Positions 101,572 to 116,159 of a stretch of DNA of 124,000 nt are shown here, piece after piece (within the stretch, counting starts at the first letter, position 1; every line of letters starts with the position of its first letter). The translations under genes were made by a program, and so were the position numbers. The notes under the pieces were generated by a model. It searched no databases. It worked only from the letters and a program-made list of their open reading frames with translations, and was not told the DNA's origin. This DNA is from Octopus vulgaris (Eukaryota), in the NCBI GenBank assembly GCA_951406725.2, contig OX597817.1, positions 117,944,001 through 118,068,000 on the forward strand, written 5' to 3'.

Positions 101572-102350
101572 CACGCATTATATATACAAATGTATACAAA
101601 TGAGATATATATCTGTATAAATTAAATTAGAGATAAAACCACTAATAGGCAAATCAAACAGTGAAAAACCAAAAACAAAAACATTAAAAAAAAATATAAT
101701 ATAGAAAATATAGAAAATATAAAATTGAAAAATTTAAACTATTTAAATTGAAAATGAAAATTATTAAATTATATTTATAATATGTTTAAAAATATATATA
101801 AACTATGAAAAAGTATGAAAAAGTTTAAGATACATAAATACAGATATATACACTTTGTATATATACATTATATATACATATTTATATATAGAACACACAC
101901 ACACACATACATTATATATACATATTTATATATAGAACACACACACACATACACACATATATATTATATATACATATTTATATATAGAACACACACACAC
102001 ACACACACACATATAAACGAACGCAAGAATATCTGATTCATAATATTTGTTCTCATGCTCGTGTGTTGTTGGGGACAGACATATACTTAAAAGAACGCCG
102101 CCGAAGTGATGGGAAGGTAGGAAACAGAGTCAGTGAAAAAGAGAGGAAATAGCGAGAGTGACAGATACTTTAAATAACGGTAGTGGAGCTCTCAAAGTTA
102201 TAAATAAAGGGGAGTAAGAGAGGGAAAGGAGGAAATAGCGTGAGTGAGGACGATGGCCCCTAGCAACCATACCTTTTAAGATAGGGATTTCTAAGGTAGC
102301 TCATGAGCATCGTCACCTCATTCTACATGTCCCTGTAAATTTTGGAGCGA

Positions 102351-102543
102351 ATCGGACGGGTGGTAGCGGCATTGAAAGCGATCCAAGCGGTAAAAACGCA
102401 TTTCAGTTTTATATATAGAGAAGAGATATATATACACGCATATATATACACATATATATATGTATATATATATCTCTATATATAAAATTGAAATGCGTTT
102501 TTACCTCTTGGATCGCATTCAATGCCACTATGTCCCGTCCGAT
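102351..102543. repeat. Helitron-like 5' terminus plus its inverted copy across a (TA)n spacer
   Basis: 102351-102421 mirrors 102473-102543; ends TCTATATATAAAA like the other Helitron 5' ends. Confidence 0.7.
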
Positions 102544-102671
102544 ATATGGATACAGCTAATTATGGATATATTTGCATACCCATGTCCGGGGTTAACATTG
102601 GTAATTTATACCGGTAAAAATAACGAATATTCTTAGCCATTAAACGGTTATTGCAAATGCTAACTCTCTTA

Positions 102672-102770
<99 letters not shown>

Positions 102771-105439
102771 GTGTGTGTATGCATATTCTAATAATGATAG
102801 AGTTAGACAGAATTACTTGCAAATAAGTTGATTGACTCCAACATTTAGAAACTTCTGGAAACTAAATTCGCAATATATGGCAGATCTTAACTAGGTTTAC
102901 ATCAGATATTTTCTAATATGCTTATTTTATCTAGTTTTTATAAATTCTTCTTCAAATATATATTATATATTTCTACCGATTATTTACCATTTTTAGGAAG
103001 TAACGCATTGCTCAAGACATCTAATGGCTGCATATACTGAACATTTGACGTATGTAGAAATATTGCATTAGATATATCTCTTTAGCCTGGACTCACAAGA
103101 AATACTTGGTGTGTATTTTTATGTATCTAATTCATTTTAAAGAGTCGGAAGATATTTGGAATTTGATTTGTGGTATTTGCCATATAACTCTCGATCAACC
103201 TCATTGAATAAAATTATATTTAAAAGCCTTCCGCAATTGATTGTCTGCTTTTTCTTCAATGTTTATAACTATAAGTTCTCGATTGGAAACTTCCTCGATA
103301 AATTCAATGAGGGCCATTGTACTATTGCAGGAATATGGTAGTATTTCTAAAACTATTTGATATATATTTTGTAAAATGCCGTCAAATGTAAGACGTGTCA
103401 AGAAATGGAAACTACATCAGGCAGAATTTGTATTTTGAATATCTAGAAACATTGGTTGAGATTGTAAATAAAACTAGTAATCTATTCATTCAAGCAAAGC
103501 GCAATTTTAACTATGACTATAATAAGGATGACTATAATTTTGTAAGTTGGCTATTAAACATATTTGTTTATTAAGTGATTCAAGTTTTAGAATGATATAT
103601 TACAACAGAAATTAGTGTGGAAAAAAAGTATATTTGTAAGGTGCATCCTAGAGCATTTCAAACCTCAGTTTAAAAGCGCAGACAGATAGACTGGTGTAAC
103701 TTAATAGCATGAAGCTAAAACTACCATTCCTCAGTGTGTTGATCGACCGAACATTAAGCATTGCCAGTTTTGTCATGGGTAACAGTTATGGAATATATAT
103801 AACTTGGCAAATAAATGTTATGCTTAAAATGATTTAAACGATTTCATTCGTGTAATACGGAATCTAAAAATGTTATCAATATTTACCAATTTATTTGATT
103901 TGCGTCTCGACTTTTATTTTAAATCTTTCTCTAAATTATCATAGCATGCTAAGAGATAGCTAATAAATTGATTTACATATACATATATCTAGAACAATTT
104001 GTTTCGATCAAAGGTGAATATTTGATCTATGTTTCATTATATCTGTTTATTAAATTCTTTCGCATATCTATATATACATGCTCCATTGTATAATGTATTC
104101 CTCTGGGTCGCGCCTCTTATTAATCATATAATTTATTATACTTTGGTGTTTTGCCTCCCTTGTATGTAGACGTTATCTTCGAAATACATATTATTTACTG
104201 GTTTCCAGTATTTTGATTGATCAGAAGAACATTTGGATAATTAAGAAAGGATTATGTTTATTTATATTATATTGAAATAAGAGACTATCATTGACCAAGT
104301 AATACAAAAATAACTAAGCTGACATTTCAACAACTCGTTTCAAATATTATTTTTTGTGCGAATTATTTTCACTCATGCGATTTTGTAACTGTAATTATCA
104401 TAAGTGTATTGCAATACCTACTCAACGAAAACATTATTGCTATTACAATTTTGAAATAAAGAGCATTTATATTTTCATGTGAGATTATTAATAGTTTCTT
104501 TTGAGAAATGTTATCGTACAGACAAAGCGAAAGAAATACACTGGAAAATCAAACATAATTTTCATGAACTGAAATTTATAATTTTCTTGCTAATGCTGTG
104601 TTATATATAATAACCTGAGCATAGTCTACATATAATTAATATCAAAATAATTCACGACACATATATGTACAATGGCCTGAAATAAAGCAGACAAGAATAA
104701 TATTTTCTAATCTGGCTCATGGTCCGCACTTTTATGTAATGCTTAGTTGATTACGCATTTGACTAGTATTTTATTTTACCAATCCCGAAATCATTAAAGG
104801 CAATATTAACTTTTGTGAGATTTGACCCTAGAAAATAACGTGTATAGAGAACGTCAATTAACAATTTCTGTCCGGGTCTCTAATTATTCTGCCAACTTAC
104901 CGTTTTAAAGTTGATACTAATGATATTTTCTACTGTAAGCATGAAGACAGAGATTTTGTGAAAGAGAGATTCTCAAATCCACCACCGTAAAAGTTGACAG
105001 AAAGACACCAATGATAAGTCAACAAAGGAGCTTGTACATTGTCAGTCTGTCTGCTACAAATAGTAGCAAATCTCTCCCTGAAAATCATCTTAAATAAAAG
105101 CACTAAATAATGTAGTCATAAATACACATAGAAAGTCAGGATTGCCATGGGTATGATATCGCTGATAAAACGACTATTTCATTACATTAGTAAACAATTC
105201 CGAAAACCTTTTTATTCCCCTTGCTTTTTACAGTTAATCCTATCTAATTTGTTAGTACTGACTTCAGAAATACCTGCAATGAACGATTTTCTTACACAGC
105301 GATTCGCTTTTTGCAAAAAGCTGTCTATTTTAACCATTACGGAAATAAGAAACTAACACAAATCAAATACTGCTTTTTTTTTTAACAAGTATATTGTAGA
105401 AAATGTTTAATTACATACCTTAGGATAGATGTTTCCGTG

Positions 105440-105800
105440 AAACTAACGTTTCAACTACACAATGTGTAAAATTACGCTTTGCTGTTTTGCATGGTCTTGT
105501 ACCTCTTTGTAGACACCAGCCAGACACCAGTAGTAGTCAGCCATCATGTTTGTGTTCCTTTTCTACCTAGTCTCCATTGTCTTGATATATTGGAGGAATC
105601 TTTCTCTTTGTGTATCACTCATTGCACTAAGATTTTCAGAGAAGTACCTCAGATGACTATGCAGGTAAGGCACTTTTGAGCTCATGTCGCAGCCTAATGC
105701 TCGGAAACGGGTTCACAAGTTCTTCATAATTTGACGATTTCCTGTTTCTTAGCAAGTCGGACACAACCGCACATGCCAGACTTGGATAAACGATGTAACG
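105440..105800 (-). mobile_element. Degraded DNA transposase fragment (Chapaev3/CMC-like by recollection)
   Basis: ALGCDMSSKVPYLHSHLRYFSENLSAMSDTQRERFLQYIKTMETR*KRNTNMMADYYWCL matches the GCNMSLK.HFLHSHL..FPENLG.VSDE.GERFHQDI..ME.RY.G.W...MLADYCW.L motif. Confidence 0.65.
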
Positions 105801-108454
105801 CTTAGTCTTAGAAATGAAGCCAGATATATCAATCATGCAAAAGTGACAGTCATCATATTAATTGGTTTCCTCAACACTATGGAGATTCTAAAGCTTAGGT
105901 AATTTCTCTGGTCCCTTATCTACTGTCCCAGTGTTGTGATCCATGTTTTGCACACTATATGTCGTACCCAGGCTCTGTTGTGGCAAGGTAAGGTAAGATT
106001 TCTTCACAAAATATCTGATTTTGTTTTCCTGACTAAGTCAAATACAACATCCACAAATATAGAAGTCACGAAAGCTGTTTTCGCATTTTCGTCTCTCTTA
106101 CCTGGCGCCATTTTCCTAGCAACAAAACATATATACATGCTAGTTGTTACCTGAGAAAAGCATTTATAGGATTGTCAAGATTACAAAGTAAGTAACTGCT
106201 GGTATGTGATGGTAAAGCTCCATAAAGGGAATACATACTATGAAGGTTTTCCTACCGTTCTTTGACTATGCTTGACAGAAGTGATATTGATTTATGTGAC
106301 CTGACACCTGCAAGAGTGCATTCGAAGTAGCGATTCTCATAAGAAATTGGTAAAGTTTCAACAAAATATATCCCTTCTGGTTTCCAATGATAGCCACACA
106401 ATGTCAAGTACAGCGGGCGCATATCTGCCAACAAATATAGCTAATACCACAAATATGAGACGTACATGATGTCGAGGATTACAAAAACATGCTGGTTGTA
106501 AAATCTTATAGTATAGAAGACATTTCTCTTATCAATCTAAGATTCAAAAGTGGTTAGGCTGAAAATAGTGACAGTGGCTCAGGATTGATGATTTGTTTTT
106601 CTTTTTAATTTACTGAAGATACTTATATAATGACATTTACTTTTACATTTGTAGTTGCATTTACTTTAAATTATGTGGAACAATTGTTAAGTCACAGTTA
106701 TATCAAGCTCCATATAAGGGTCTGCAATTGATTAAGCTAAATCTAGGCTTAGAAAGGTGACAATACCGGAAATGTTGAACAGTAGACATTTGAGCTTGGG
106801 AAAGGTCAGGACGGGATAGAGCAAAGAGGATTTCAATTTTGAAATCATCAATCCAACATTACTAGGAAACATGTCTCTAATATCAGTGAGCAAAAACGGT
106901 TTTGCCCAGTGTTATCGTTTTGGTGGAGCTAGAAAAAAGTAACAGAAACAAATCTAAGAGTACACGCAAGCTTCAGCCACCGATGCCAACATACAATAAT
107001 CACTGGTTTCACGTTTTTTATTTTCTTAATTCCAGGCTGCTCTTTCTAACGTAGTGTGTTGTATACTTGTCATGTAAAGATTGAAATGTTTCATATATTG
107101 GATATGCTCATAAAATTAAGTATTGTAATAACATATAATAGTAGTAAGATATATTCACATTCTCAAGGACTGCATGTAATTATTACACAGGAGTCTAAAA
107201 GTTATAATTAACACTACTATTACTATTACCACAAGCTGTCTTGAGTAATTTATTTTAAAATTTATTTATGAAAGCACACGCACATACATAAAAACATACA
107301 TACATACATACATAAACACATACATACATACATACATACATACATACATACATACACGTTCACAGACAGAGAGACCGTTACAAGGAGAATACACATGAAC
107401 TGCATGGCACCTTAGACATGTAAAATCAATACAGCATTTTTACGAAGAGAAAGAAAATAAAATGTAGGAAAATATGCCCTAGCAGTGTTTCTTATTTGTT
107501 GTATAGTGTTTTCAAAATTTTTGGAATATATTTCATATGCGTAAAGCTTCCAAATGTTTTTAAAGCAACATATAGTTTGACCAAGTATTACTTTTAATTG
107601 ATGGATGATATTAATGAGGAAATTTAATATAGTTGTACAACTCATGAATCAGGAAATTTTATATATTTATCATATCATTAATCAAATTAGGGCAATAATG
107701 TCAGTATAGCCTCAGGGTATTTTACTGCGAAATATAGTTATAAATAATTATCTTGCAATTTATTGCAATATATAAAAAGCCATGATGCAAAAACATTTTC
107801 AATATCCGTTAGGTACTGGATTCCCTTGCAAAATATAGTTGTAAAATATTTAATGTATTATATTTACGTACTATTTCTTGGTAATCAACACTTCTTAAAA
107901 AAACTATTTTCAATTAGTAGCACTTTCAAGAAAGTGCAAGAAAGAAAATAACATCGCGGTTATTGCGAACGATTCTTAACTAAAGGATGTGATAATTTGA
108001 AAACAATCAAATATTATTTGTCACAAAGATTATTTACTTGGTTACAGGCAATCTGATAATTGTTTACTGGTAAGAATATTAATATGGGTAAGTATCGCTT
108101 TTATTGGGGCTCATCCTTAATGTGTGGAATACTGAAGCATGCATATCGAAAATAGTTGTTACATATCGAAAATAGTTGCCAATCGTTATTGATCAGTGTA
108201 AATTCCATACATAAGCAATAAGGTTTAATAATTGCAGCGAGGACAGTAGTGTGGTAACTGGGAACTGTTTATGATTCTCGCAGAAAAGAGTGCGAATCCT
108301 TAAAGAAATCAGAAATGAATCTAATAACATTTATATACATGCTTAGTGTATCATCCAATTTTAGTTTACTGGTGAGGAGAAAGCTACAGCTATGTTTGAA
108401 TTTTATAGGACTTTGTCAAATGCATAAATCTATACAGAGGCTTTCTGTTATCAA

Positions 108455-108920
108455 TTATTGACAGTTTCAAGCCTGCGAGCTGGCAAAAACGTTAGCACCC
108501 CGGGCATAATACTTAGCGACATTTTGACTGTCTTTACGTTCTAATTTCAAATTCCGCCTAGGTCGACCTTGCCTTTCATCCTTTCGGGGTCGATAAATTA
108601 AGTACCGGTTGCGTGCTGGGGTCGTTCTACTCGATTGTACCCCTTCCCCAAACTGTCGGGCATTGTGCCTAGAGTAGAAAAGAATTATTAATAGTTTCAA
108701 GGTAGCGAGCTAGGCAGAAAAGTTTAACACGGCGAGCGAAATACTTAGCGGTATTTCGCTTGTCTTTACATTCTAATTTCAAATTCCGCCCAGGTCGACC
108801 TTGCCTTTCATCCTTTCGGGGTCGATATATTAAGTACCGGTTGGGTGCTGGGGTCGATCTAATCGACTGGACCTTTCCCAGAACTTGTGGGCCTTCTATC
108901 TAGAGTAGAAAAGAATTATT
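108455..108920 (+). mobile_element. Two tandem SINE family B copies
   Basis: Units at ~108455-108690 and ~108695-108920, both ending TAGAGTAGAAAAGAATTATT. Confidence 0.85.
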
Positions 108921-111900
108921 GACAGTCCCCCTACATATAGAAAAAGGGCTACAAATTATTTTAGCCAGAGTAATTGTACATACATAAATAATCAAATAGA
109001 GTAGAAAATAATTTAAAGTCAGTACTGGCACAATTTTAAATAGATAATTTAAAGGAATGACGTGCAAATGAAAGAAAATAATTCAAATTTCCTTCTTAGT
109101 TTTCAAAATTAAAAAAAATTAACGATGATTTTTAAGTGACGCTCACAAAAGGGGGAGCTAATCTGAAGATATTAAGTATCATTTTTAGAAAATTAATTTG
109201 AATATTCACGATTAAATCTTAAGTTTAGAATAGAATTTCATTTTTCTTTATAAATATCTATAAACATTTCATTTTGCTTTCAAACATTTTCCCAATAGGA
109301 AGTCCGGTGTGAAAGGAATTACTGTAAAGGATTCGTTTGATAGCATTTCGCAGTTTTAGTTTGAGATTGATAGAAAGAATTCGATTCAGGCAAAATCATA
109401 GATTGGTAAAGAAGTAGGATTTCATTTAGGTAGACATTAACTCTGAAACATGAAAACATCCATTTGGAAAAGAATTAAATCAATGCAAGTATAGTAATAT
109501 GTTTTGACTTATTAAAGTTGTATCTTTTCGTTTTGAGATACTTGTGTTATGCAAATGAAAATGCACAATTGGTATATCCTTCATCTTTTATATGGGATAT
109601 ATACAATTGTGTTTAATATACGATCTTGGTAAATGATGCATCTAAAACAACTTTCACATACGCAAATATTTCGATTTGTATGTTGAAATCAACTTGTTAA
109701 TAGTGTAGCATGAATAAGATTCTCACTCGTCCACAATAACGTTAAACCTTTTCCTTCTTTAAGTGTATAAATCAATGCCATGTTAATGTGATTGTAAAAC
109801 AACTTCTTATAATAGTGCCTAAAACATGTATATATAAACTTGTGTGTATGCATATGTCCATATACGTATGTATGAATAATACGATCTTTACTTTAATACC
109901 GTCCGTCGTCTATGTCCTATTTTTGGAAACCTTGCGCTGTTGCAAAAAGTTATTATGATCTCATAGTTGTGATTCAAGTGGACTTTGAACTTAGAAGTTA
110001 GTAGAGGAATTATTTCCTAGCTCAGAAAGAAATGCAATACTTGTGACAGATCTTGTGCTATGTTAGATATGCCAGCCCACCAGATATCTCCAGTGATGTT
110101 GAAACAAAGTATGAATAGAAACCATAGGAGTCCTAGTTGAAGAAAATGATATAATAATTATAGACACATATCAAACTAAGCCTCAAATTAATTCTTCTGA
110201 TATACCTTATCCACCTACACTATTCTCTGTATTGAAGTTTTGAATACAAATTGATATATGCACAATATAGACCTGCTCTTACAATCACTCATCCCTAACA
110301 CTAGAGATAAAACAATCCACTGGCTCTAAAACAAATTCTCCTTAAAGTTGTCCGAAATTGGTAACGTTTTAGGTGCTTTGGGGCCAACTACAACGGCCAA
110401 GAATTATTTGACAGCATAGAGTACATCGATCTTGAATCATATTCTCCCGCAGTTTTGTTCTTTACTAATGCTGGTAAATTCTTTAGATCTCTCTCTCTCT
110501 CTCACTCATCCCATATTGATCCTTCGTTACCACTATAGAACGTGGATCTTTCGAAACCTTTAACGCCTACACTATGTACATTCATTAATTGCATTTATAA
110601 CCAGTACGTAGTCACAGAAAACAGCTTTAGTGTCTTTTTGACCTTCTAGCGCAATATCTATCAAACTATTATGGGTTCATCTGTTGTCAATTCACATCTG
110701 GTCTTACATAAATTCAAAATGCGCACTTATATCCAAGAAAAATCCATAAATCAGACAATTAAGCTTTTTCTGATTCTGGAAGAATGTGAGATAAATAGTC
110801 GGTGCTCCGAAAGTTCTGTGCTACATAACATTTGAAACCCACACCCTTTGTCTACAAATGACCGGAAGAAGTTAGCGTGATAATTAAAACCATGCTGCAA
110901 AAGAAGTGACCCATACTCTATAAACATCAACAATCTGCATACATCGTCCAATGTGGTGCACTCTAAAATTTCAGATATAGAACATCATCTACACGGATCA
111001 AAACAAATGATCTATCTCCATACAATAGAAAATATTTACGCACAACTGCATCCCCTGGAAAAAAAAAAACATTACACGAATCCTGAAGATTCTTTATGAG
111101 CATTAGAGGCAACTTGAGGATACCCACCTCTCAATTTTAGCCGATTATTTCGATCTCTGTCGAAAAGTATCGAAACTATATAGTTTGCCAAAATGTATTA
111201 AAGTTATCAATATCAAACCTGGTACAAGTTGTACAATACTAAATAACTGATTATTGTCGAACTAATTAAAGTCGCATTGAGGGAAATGTATATTCTACGT
111301 GATAGTACATTTGTAGTCCAAATCACAGTGAGAAAACTTTGCCATCCAAAAAAAAAAAAAGAAAATTACTTAATACCGTTTTTTTATTTGCCGTTGCACT
111401 CTTTAGTTATAAAGGCATTATAACATCTGATGCAGGATCTGAATAAAACCAGATACCAATATTTATGTTGTAATGGACGGAAAAATATGTGAGATGTTTA
111501 TAATGGAGTGGATTCTCCCAACAACCATGCATCCTTTCTATCAAAGAGTAGAATTAGTATTTGTTATCCAGTAATCAATTGCTGAATCATTATATTATAT
111601 GATCTAATGGTTCTGCATATACTAATTCTGAAAAACTTGAATTTTACAAATAAGAAATTAAATTAATATAATGAAATGAGATCATGCTCTAAAAACCGTA
111701 ATGATTTATTAGATAATTGTAGATTTAATGGAAAAAAAGAAAATAATAGGCAAAATTTTTCATTGTGTTAGTCCTAACACATTATAAGCCTCACTTGTGC
111801 ATTGCATGTGAAACAACCGATAAAGTTGCTGCAGCAATCTGAACTGATCTCAATATTGAGTGAAATACGGATAGTAGCATCAGTAAGCGTATATTCATAT

Positions 111901-111955
111901 ATGTGAATACATATATATAAATATCGTATTAATACTGATATATGAATACAATATG

Positions 111956-112015
<60 letters not shown>

Positions 112016-112818
112016 GAATATATATATATATATATATATACATAAGTTCATACGTATATGTACATACATCTATACGTATATCTATGAATATGTTAGCACA
112101 GGACGTCACGAAACGTGTACAGCAAAAAGTACGAAGTACGAGTACATGGAATATGAACTATTCTTTCGAACAACGAAACACACAAATGGAAACCAATATA
112201 AACAACATAAAGTACAACACGACATCAGTTTTTGGCAGTTTTCTAGTTTCGTATTTCCAGGAGTTAACAACAATAAACGCTTTCGATAAAACAGTTGCTC
112301 CCGCAAAGCAAATTAAATACAATTTGGAAATTTTTGCGAAGGGTGAACATTGGTAACCAAAACAGGACAGTGAAAACAAATAAGAAGGGCTCCTATGCCC
112401 CAAAGAGATTGTGGCGGTGAACCCGTAAACGCGTAAATCAAGCTTGCACAGCAGACATACAAGAACACGTCTTCCTGCATGCATACATACATACATTGAG
112501 CGATTGATACAATATATGTAATTCTTTATGTACATATGCATATATTTATATATAAATATATATATGTGGCTACAATCCTGTATGTTTTCTATTGTATTGT
112601 GGTTTTCTTTCAATGGTGGGGTCCTGGGTTCCGACAACGAGAGAGCACTTTGAAATCAGTATTCAATATATACGTAATAAGAAGGAACTGCCGTTGGAGT
112701 ATAGTGTCGATATCACAGCATTTATACCTAAATCAACCTCATTTTCTAATTGGACCTCTTATTCCCTCTTCCTCTTTCTGTACAAATATACACACACATG
112801 AGTAGACACACATATGTA

Positions 112819-112857
<39 letters not shown>

Positions 112858-112916
112858 AAAAAAAGAAGTTCGAAAATGCTGCTATAGTACACAAATTTTT
112901 AATTTTTATATATACA

Positions 112917-112955
112917 TTATAACATGTTTCGGTTCTTGAGAACCTTATCAAAAAA
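112917..112955 (-). ncRNA. Minimal hammerhead motif with two core substitutions
   Basis: TTGATAA(112951-112945)-GGTTC-TCAA-GAACC-GAAA-CATG-TT: perfect 5-bp helix II, ACATGT palindrome, GUU triplet; helix I weak. Confidence 0.55.
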
Positions 112956-113287
112956 AGTTATATATAAAAAAAGATAGTTAATGCTATCAAATATAAAAAA
113001 TTCATTTATAATATACAATAGAGTCAGACATCAAAAGTTCATATATCGTGAAGTGAGTTCGTTCATGCTATATGTTTAGAGAGTATGATGTAGAGGTTCA
113101 TAGTGGTGATATGCATTCAATATAAAAAAATAGATCAAAATGGTGATATGCAGTCAATATAAAAAATTTAGATTTTACCTTGAGGAACTGTGATGACTTT
113201 TGGTCGGTGTTCGCTGGATCGTTCTGGTGAACCTTGTGAATTGTTTGGGTTTTATATCACCTGTTAGGTGGCCAGTCCAGCGTAACG

Positions 113288-113507
113288 TGACGTCATCAAC
113301 GTTTTGACCAATCGTTTCTTTAGGTGGCTTAGTCAAGTAGAACGGGACGTCATTAATATTCCGACCAATCCCGACCTATAGCTGTATTAGATCTGTCCCT
113401 TGTCTGTGTCCTGTTTTGACCAATCGTTTCGTCAGGTGGCTTAGTCAAGCAGAACGGGACGTCATCAATATTCTGACCAATCCCGACCTATAGCTGTATT
113501 AGATCTG
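113288..113507. repeat. 112-bp tandem repeat rich in CCAAT and (T)GACGTCA motifs
   Basis: Units start at 113302 and 113414; TGACGTCA at 113288-113295. Confidence 0.75.
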
Positions 113508-113511
113508 CTCC

Positions 113512-113559
<48 letters not shown>

Positions 113560-114079
113560 GTATTTAACAAATTAATAAATAAAACATATGCATATATACA
113601 TACGTATACGTACGTACCTACATCTACATGTATATATATACATGCATATATGTACGTACCTATATCTACATGTATATATACATGCATATATGGGTACAGG
113701 ACACCACAAAAACGTCGAACACAATGAGAAACGAAAACATAAACACAAAACCAAGGAAAGGGACATTTTTCTTAAACAACGAAAAAATAGATTACAGGAC
113801 ATAGAACACAAGGAAAATTCCCCTTCTTCAGTCGCCTCTGTTTCATCTACTCCGCATTTTGAAGGTAAAGGCGAGACACGACTTCGTTGAAACATTCCTT
113901 CCCGCAAAAAGCAAATTAAATAAAATTTGAGATTTTTTTGTGGATGAGTAAAAATGGTAACAAAAACAGGACAGTAAAGACAAGCCCTCCTTGTCCGTGT
114001 TACTGTTATTCTCCTTGTCCTGTATTTTACTGTTTATATTTTGTACTGTCTTTACTGTCCTGTTTTTGTTACCATTTTG

Positions 114080-114850
114080 ATCCTGTGGACCCCATTGGCC
114101 GCAAGAGATCTGGTTTTTTCTGGTGATAGTTGAGAGACGTCCCCCCAAGTGACACTCGTGCCTGCAGCCACGCCACATTAAAAAGAACTGCCCCCAGGAC
114201 CATGGTAAGTTCCTGCAAGAGTCACTGGATGCTACCTCCCCTACCCGGTCAAAGGGAGAGGTGGATGTGTTTGAGGAGGCTTAAGCCTCCTCAAACCAAA
114301 GGGGATTTAAAAGGAAGAAGGCGGGCGACAATGGTTGCCCGCCGAAGGACGCTAAGGCTTCGGGACGTGGGGGTGAGACTCCGGACAAAGCGGAAGAGCT
114401 CCATCCTCCCGAAGTCAGGAAGAAAAGAAAAAAAAGAAAGTAGAAGAACGGGTCATTGTAGGTGGAAGATGATGTACCATCTGCATATCCCGATGGTGTG
114501 CCACCCACGGTGGAAGAAACGAGCACCACACTTAAAGATGATGAATTAATTATATTTTTCTACAAGGACGGGGAGGTGAAAAATAGTAGAACATAAAGAG
114601 GCAGTAGATATGGCCTTCACACGGGATCCCGAATGGCCTCCGCAGATAGCTGTGGAGGTCATAAGGTTTCCCTTGTGGAAAAGGCTTAAATGATTTAGGG
114701 AGGGGTGTTACATATGGCCGGGTGGCCCTTACACTGCAATGACTTACATGTCCTACATGAGTGAGGCATGGAAAATGGCAGGATATAGGGACTCAAGTGG
114801 CATTGGAGATAATGACGGATATATTGATGGATATATCGATGAGTAGGAGA
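114080..114850 (+). pseudogene. Degraded gag/ORF1-like reading frame with a CCHC zinc knuckle
   Basis: VIVERRPPK*HSCLQPRHIKKNCP (C-X2-C-X4-H-X4-C with the first Cys as TGA at 114150), followed by a K/R-rich then acidic region with several stops. Confidence 0.55.
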
Positions 114851-115284
114851 TGAAAAAGCCTCGTTAGAGTGTTTGAAACATCATCTTATTGTATTATTTG
114901 CAGTGGTTTATAACCTCAAATGTGTTTAAAAAACATGTTAAGTAAGAGGTTTTAGTGCCTCCTTCTTGTAAGAGGTTTCAAACCTCATATTGATTTTTTA
115001 AATGAAGCAAGTATGTTTTCAAGAAAAATCCAATCGGCGGCTGTTCGGTTTCGTCTCTCATTTATTCATTTTATTTCATTTTCATTCATTGTGTTTGTCC
115101 AGCCCGCAGCTACTCTTTATGGCAAATAAAATGAATGAAATAAAGTAGCTTGCTTACCAACCTCACGGTTCTGGGTTCAGTCCTACTGCGTGGCACCTTC
115201 GGCATGTGTCTTCTACTGTAGCATCGAGCCGACTAAGACCTTGTGAGTGGATTTGGTAGACGGAAACTGAAAGAAGCACTCGTA

Positions 115285-115346
<62 letters not shown>

Positions 115347-115348
<2 letters not shown>

Positions 115349-115506
115349 ATTTTTTTCTCTCCTTGCTTTTTTTGTGTCCCTATCTGGAGCGTAGGCTCGA
115401 AACGTAAAAGACCTTTTCTATTCCTGAGCGTTATAGTTATACATCTGTTTGTTTTGTACACCACCTCTCTTCGTCTTTTCTTTTTTCGTAAACTTTCCGT
115501 ATATAT

Positions 115507-115594
<88 letters not shown>

Positions 115595-115770
115595 GTATGT
115601 ATATATATATATATATACGGAAAGTTTACGAAAAAAGAAAAGACGAAGAGAGGTGGTGTACAAAACAAACAGATGTATAACTATAACGCTCAGGAATAGA
115701 AAAGGTCTTTTACGTTTCGAGCCTACGCTCCAGATAGGGACAAAAAAAAAGCAAGGAGAGAAAAAAATGT
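115347..115770. repeat. Near-perfect convergent inverted repeat (~152-bp arms) around (TA)n
   Basis: 115347-115498 mirrors 115618-115770; arms contain GAG-CGTAGG-CTC-GAAA-CG-TA (3' half of an HHR, 5' core deleted). Confidence 0.9.
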
Positions 115771-115833
<63 letters not shown>

Positions 115834-115855
115834 AAATTAATATGTCACCATTATT

Positions 115856-116003
115856 CAATAGCCAAGATAAAACTCTGATTTTCGGATGCCGAAGTGGAAA
115901 TCCACAGCAACATCTTTTCGGTTAGATGGCCACATAACCGAAGAGATGGTGTTGTGGATTTCCACTTCGGCATCCAAAACTCAGAGTTTTATCTTGGCTA
116001 TTG
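115856..116003. repeat. Divergent inverted repeat (~70-bp arms) with degenerate hammerhead motifs
   Basis: Plus arm ATAA-CCGAAGA-GATG...CATC-CAAAA-CTCAGAG-TT-TTAT; minus arm CCGAAAA-GATG...CATC-CGAAA. Confidence 0.7.
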
Positions 116004-116097
116004 TATAATTGTAACATATTATTTTATAGATAAATTTTTTCTATTTACATAATATTGAGATCTCTTTCTTTCATTTGTTGTCTTACCGTTTTTACCA

Positions 116098-116159
<62 letters not shown>

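Noticed and set aside
103150-103410. Protein-like short ORFs on both strands
   Set aside because: No convincing splice sites or motif; compatible with chance in AT-rich DNA.
110751-110951. Possible FLYWCH/MULE fragment (GSLLLQHGFNY)
   Set aside because: The diagnostic W-x-C and H residues were not found; similarity is too slight.
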